Source of the DNA: Schmidtea nova
Taxonomy: Eukaryota
Direction of reading: 5' to 3'
Assembly: GCA_044892505.1 (NCBI GenBank)
Contig: CM097883.1
Span: 378,262,001 to 378,326,000, forward strand
Length of the DNA: 64,000 nt
Both the position numbers and the translations under genes were made by a program. Below, one piece after another: positions 62,255 through 64,000 of this stretch. The notes beneath the pieces are model-generated. The model did no database searches. It was not told where the DNA came from and saw only the letters and a list, made by a program, of their open reading frames with translations. Within the stretch, counting starts at the first letter, position 1; each line of letters begins with the position of its first letter.

Positions 62255-64000
62255 TTGACCAAAATTAAACTCAAATTAAAGATATAAACACATAAGGTTA
62301 ACAATAACAAAATAGGTAGAAAGATAAAGAAAGTCGATATAAAATCACCTGAAATATTGCACAATTTAAGAAAAAAAGTAATTTACAAGATAAGTAATAA
62401 CAGTACAAGCAGCAGCAATAGTGGAAATAACAGTCATACAGAAAACACCAACAGTAATCATAACTTTATAAAAACATTACCAATAGAATCATATAAAGGA
62501 GACCCTGAAAAGTTCGACGACTTTTTTGCCGAAATCGCACAATATGCAGAGGCTTGCGGATGGACAACAAATGAATTAAAACAACGAATCCCATTATATT
62601 TAAAGGGATATGCATTACAAGCATATAATAATTTAGCATGCAAAGGCATCAATTACAATGAATTAGTAAAAAACCTTAGAAAAGAAATAGTAATAGATCG
62701 AGATTTGCAAAAAATAAATGTTCAAAAATTTAGAAGTAGATACCAAGGAGCCAGAGAATCAGTAGGTGAATATATATACACGATAACAGAATTAGCAAAA
62801 AAGGCATTTGGTGCAGGAGATCACACTAGTAGATTAATTGAGGATCAGTTTTGGAACGGAATCCAAAAATATTTATACAAAGCATTAATTACAATTGAGT
62901 ATGAAGATTTAAATGAGTTAGTTCAAAAAGCAAAACGTATTGAAGCAATACAAAGAGATAGATTTAAACCAGAGGTAGATGCTGTAGAAATTGAAAGACA
63001 ACCTGAGGTAAAGCCTGAGTTGAGAAATAAAGATGATAGCATCCCTTGGGAAGAAATGAAACAATTATATTTGAATTTTGTTAATAATAGACGAAGAGTT
63101 AGTCCAAGTAGAAGCCAATCACCTGAAAACAGGGGAAGGTTTAACAGTCCAGGAAATAAAAATTTCGATAATAGAAATAATTTTAAAGAGAGTTATAAAA
63201 GAAATAATAATAGAGACAGTTTTAGAGACAATCGTTTTGATAATGATAGAGACAACAGAGACACTTTTAGAGACAGTCGTTCGGGTTATAACAGAAACAG
63301 TTACAATGGATACAATAGAAATAATAGAGATAATCGCTTTGAATATAATAGAAGAGATAATAGATATAGAGATAATTCGAGAAATAGACAAGATAGCCCG
63401 ATAAGGCGAAATATGTATAATAATGATGGTAAAGATAAAGTAAATTTTAATGGACAAATAAAATGTTATAATTGCCAGAGGTATGGGCACTTAGCAAAAG
63501 TATGCAATAAACCACGAGCTGGTTCACCAATTGGAGTAAGATTTAAAAATGAGCCTGAGATAAAACAGGTAAATAGTGCTGAGCTTGAGTCAGCAAATAA
63601 AGAGATAAATAATTTAAGAGAAGAATTAAAAGAATTTAAAATTCAATATGGAAGACTCATTGAGAGAAAACTTGAAATGTCTATAAATGAATTTAGCACT
63701 TTTACAAATGAGGTAGATATTGATAATGATGAGTTAAAAGAAATTAGAGAAGCAGATGAAATATTTCTTACAGAAGAAAATCGACAAAAAGAACTAATAG
63801 AGGAATTTAAAGAGGTATTGTATAAGCAACCATTTGATGACAATGAAACATTAAGAGTAATCAATAAAATACAGGTTAATGGGATTGATTTAGAGAGACT
63901 TAGAAATTTGATACCAATGATGGTGAAGAGACAAAATGTAACGAGATTATTTGAATTAGAAATAGAAATAAAAGAGATGTTGAAATGTTATGGAGAATAT
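62255..64000 (+). CDS. Ty3/gypsy Gag (runs off the window; absent from the ORF track)
   Basis: The frame is open from 62288 to 64000. LPIESYKGDPEKFDDFFAEIAQYAEACGW...QGARESVGEY (capsid), an R/D/N-rich linker, and CYNCQRYGHLAKVC (CCHC knuckle, 63464-63505). In-frame TAA at 62285; no ATG near the 5' end. Confidence 0.92.

Noticed and set aside
63078-63864. Track ORFs overlapping gag (also 2005-2277, 5569-5787, 14364-14570, 15267-15485, 57145-58112, 33091-33482, 33891-34259)
   Set aside because: They are shadow frames of better-supported ORFs.

Overview
AT-rich eukaryotic (very probably invertebrate animal) scaffold with four N-gaps, no recognisable intact host gene, and dense nested mobile DNA. 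DNA transposons: three hAT elements with TIRs and 8-bp TSDs, further hAT remnants, a pogo element, Merlin, Tc1 and MULE pieces, several MITEs, and a Polinton-like polB/HNH remnant. Retroelements: a non-LTR remnant, Ty3/gypsy LTRs, and the 5' LTR, PBS and gag of a gypsy element running off the right end. Two things stand out. (1) A family of 2.6-3.1 kb TG...CA elements with 4-bp TSDs (23447-26016; 31571-38119) looks like giant solo LTRs but carries its own promoter, two ORFs under clear purifying selection (one ending in an Arg-rich KRRRQRK motif), repeated bulged hairpins of TAR-like geometry and a conserved structured 3' end. This suggests an LTR-encoded RNA-binding regulator plus response element; that reading is inference. 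(2) Chimeric cassettes of captured host-gene fragments (LRRC40, NAE1, PPP4R1-like) share a 13-bp upstream motif, and one cassette sits inside an hAT element with intact ends. All protein assignments are by eye from remembered family motifs; no searches were run.
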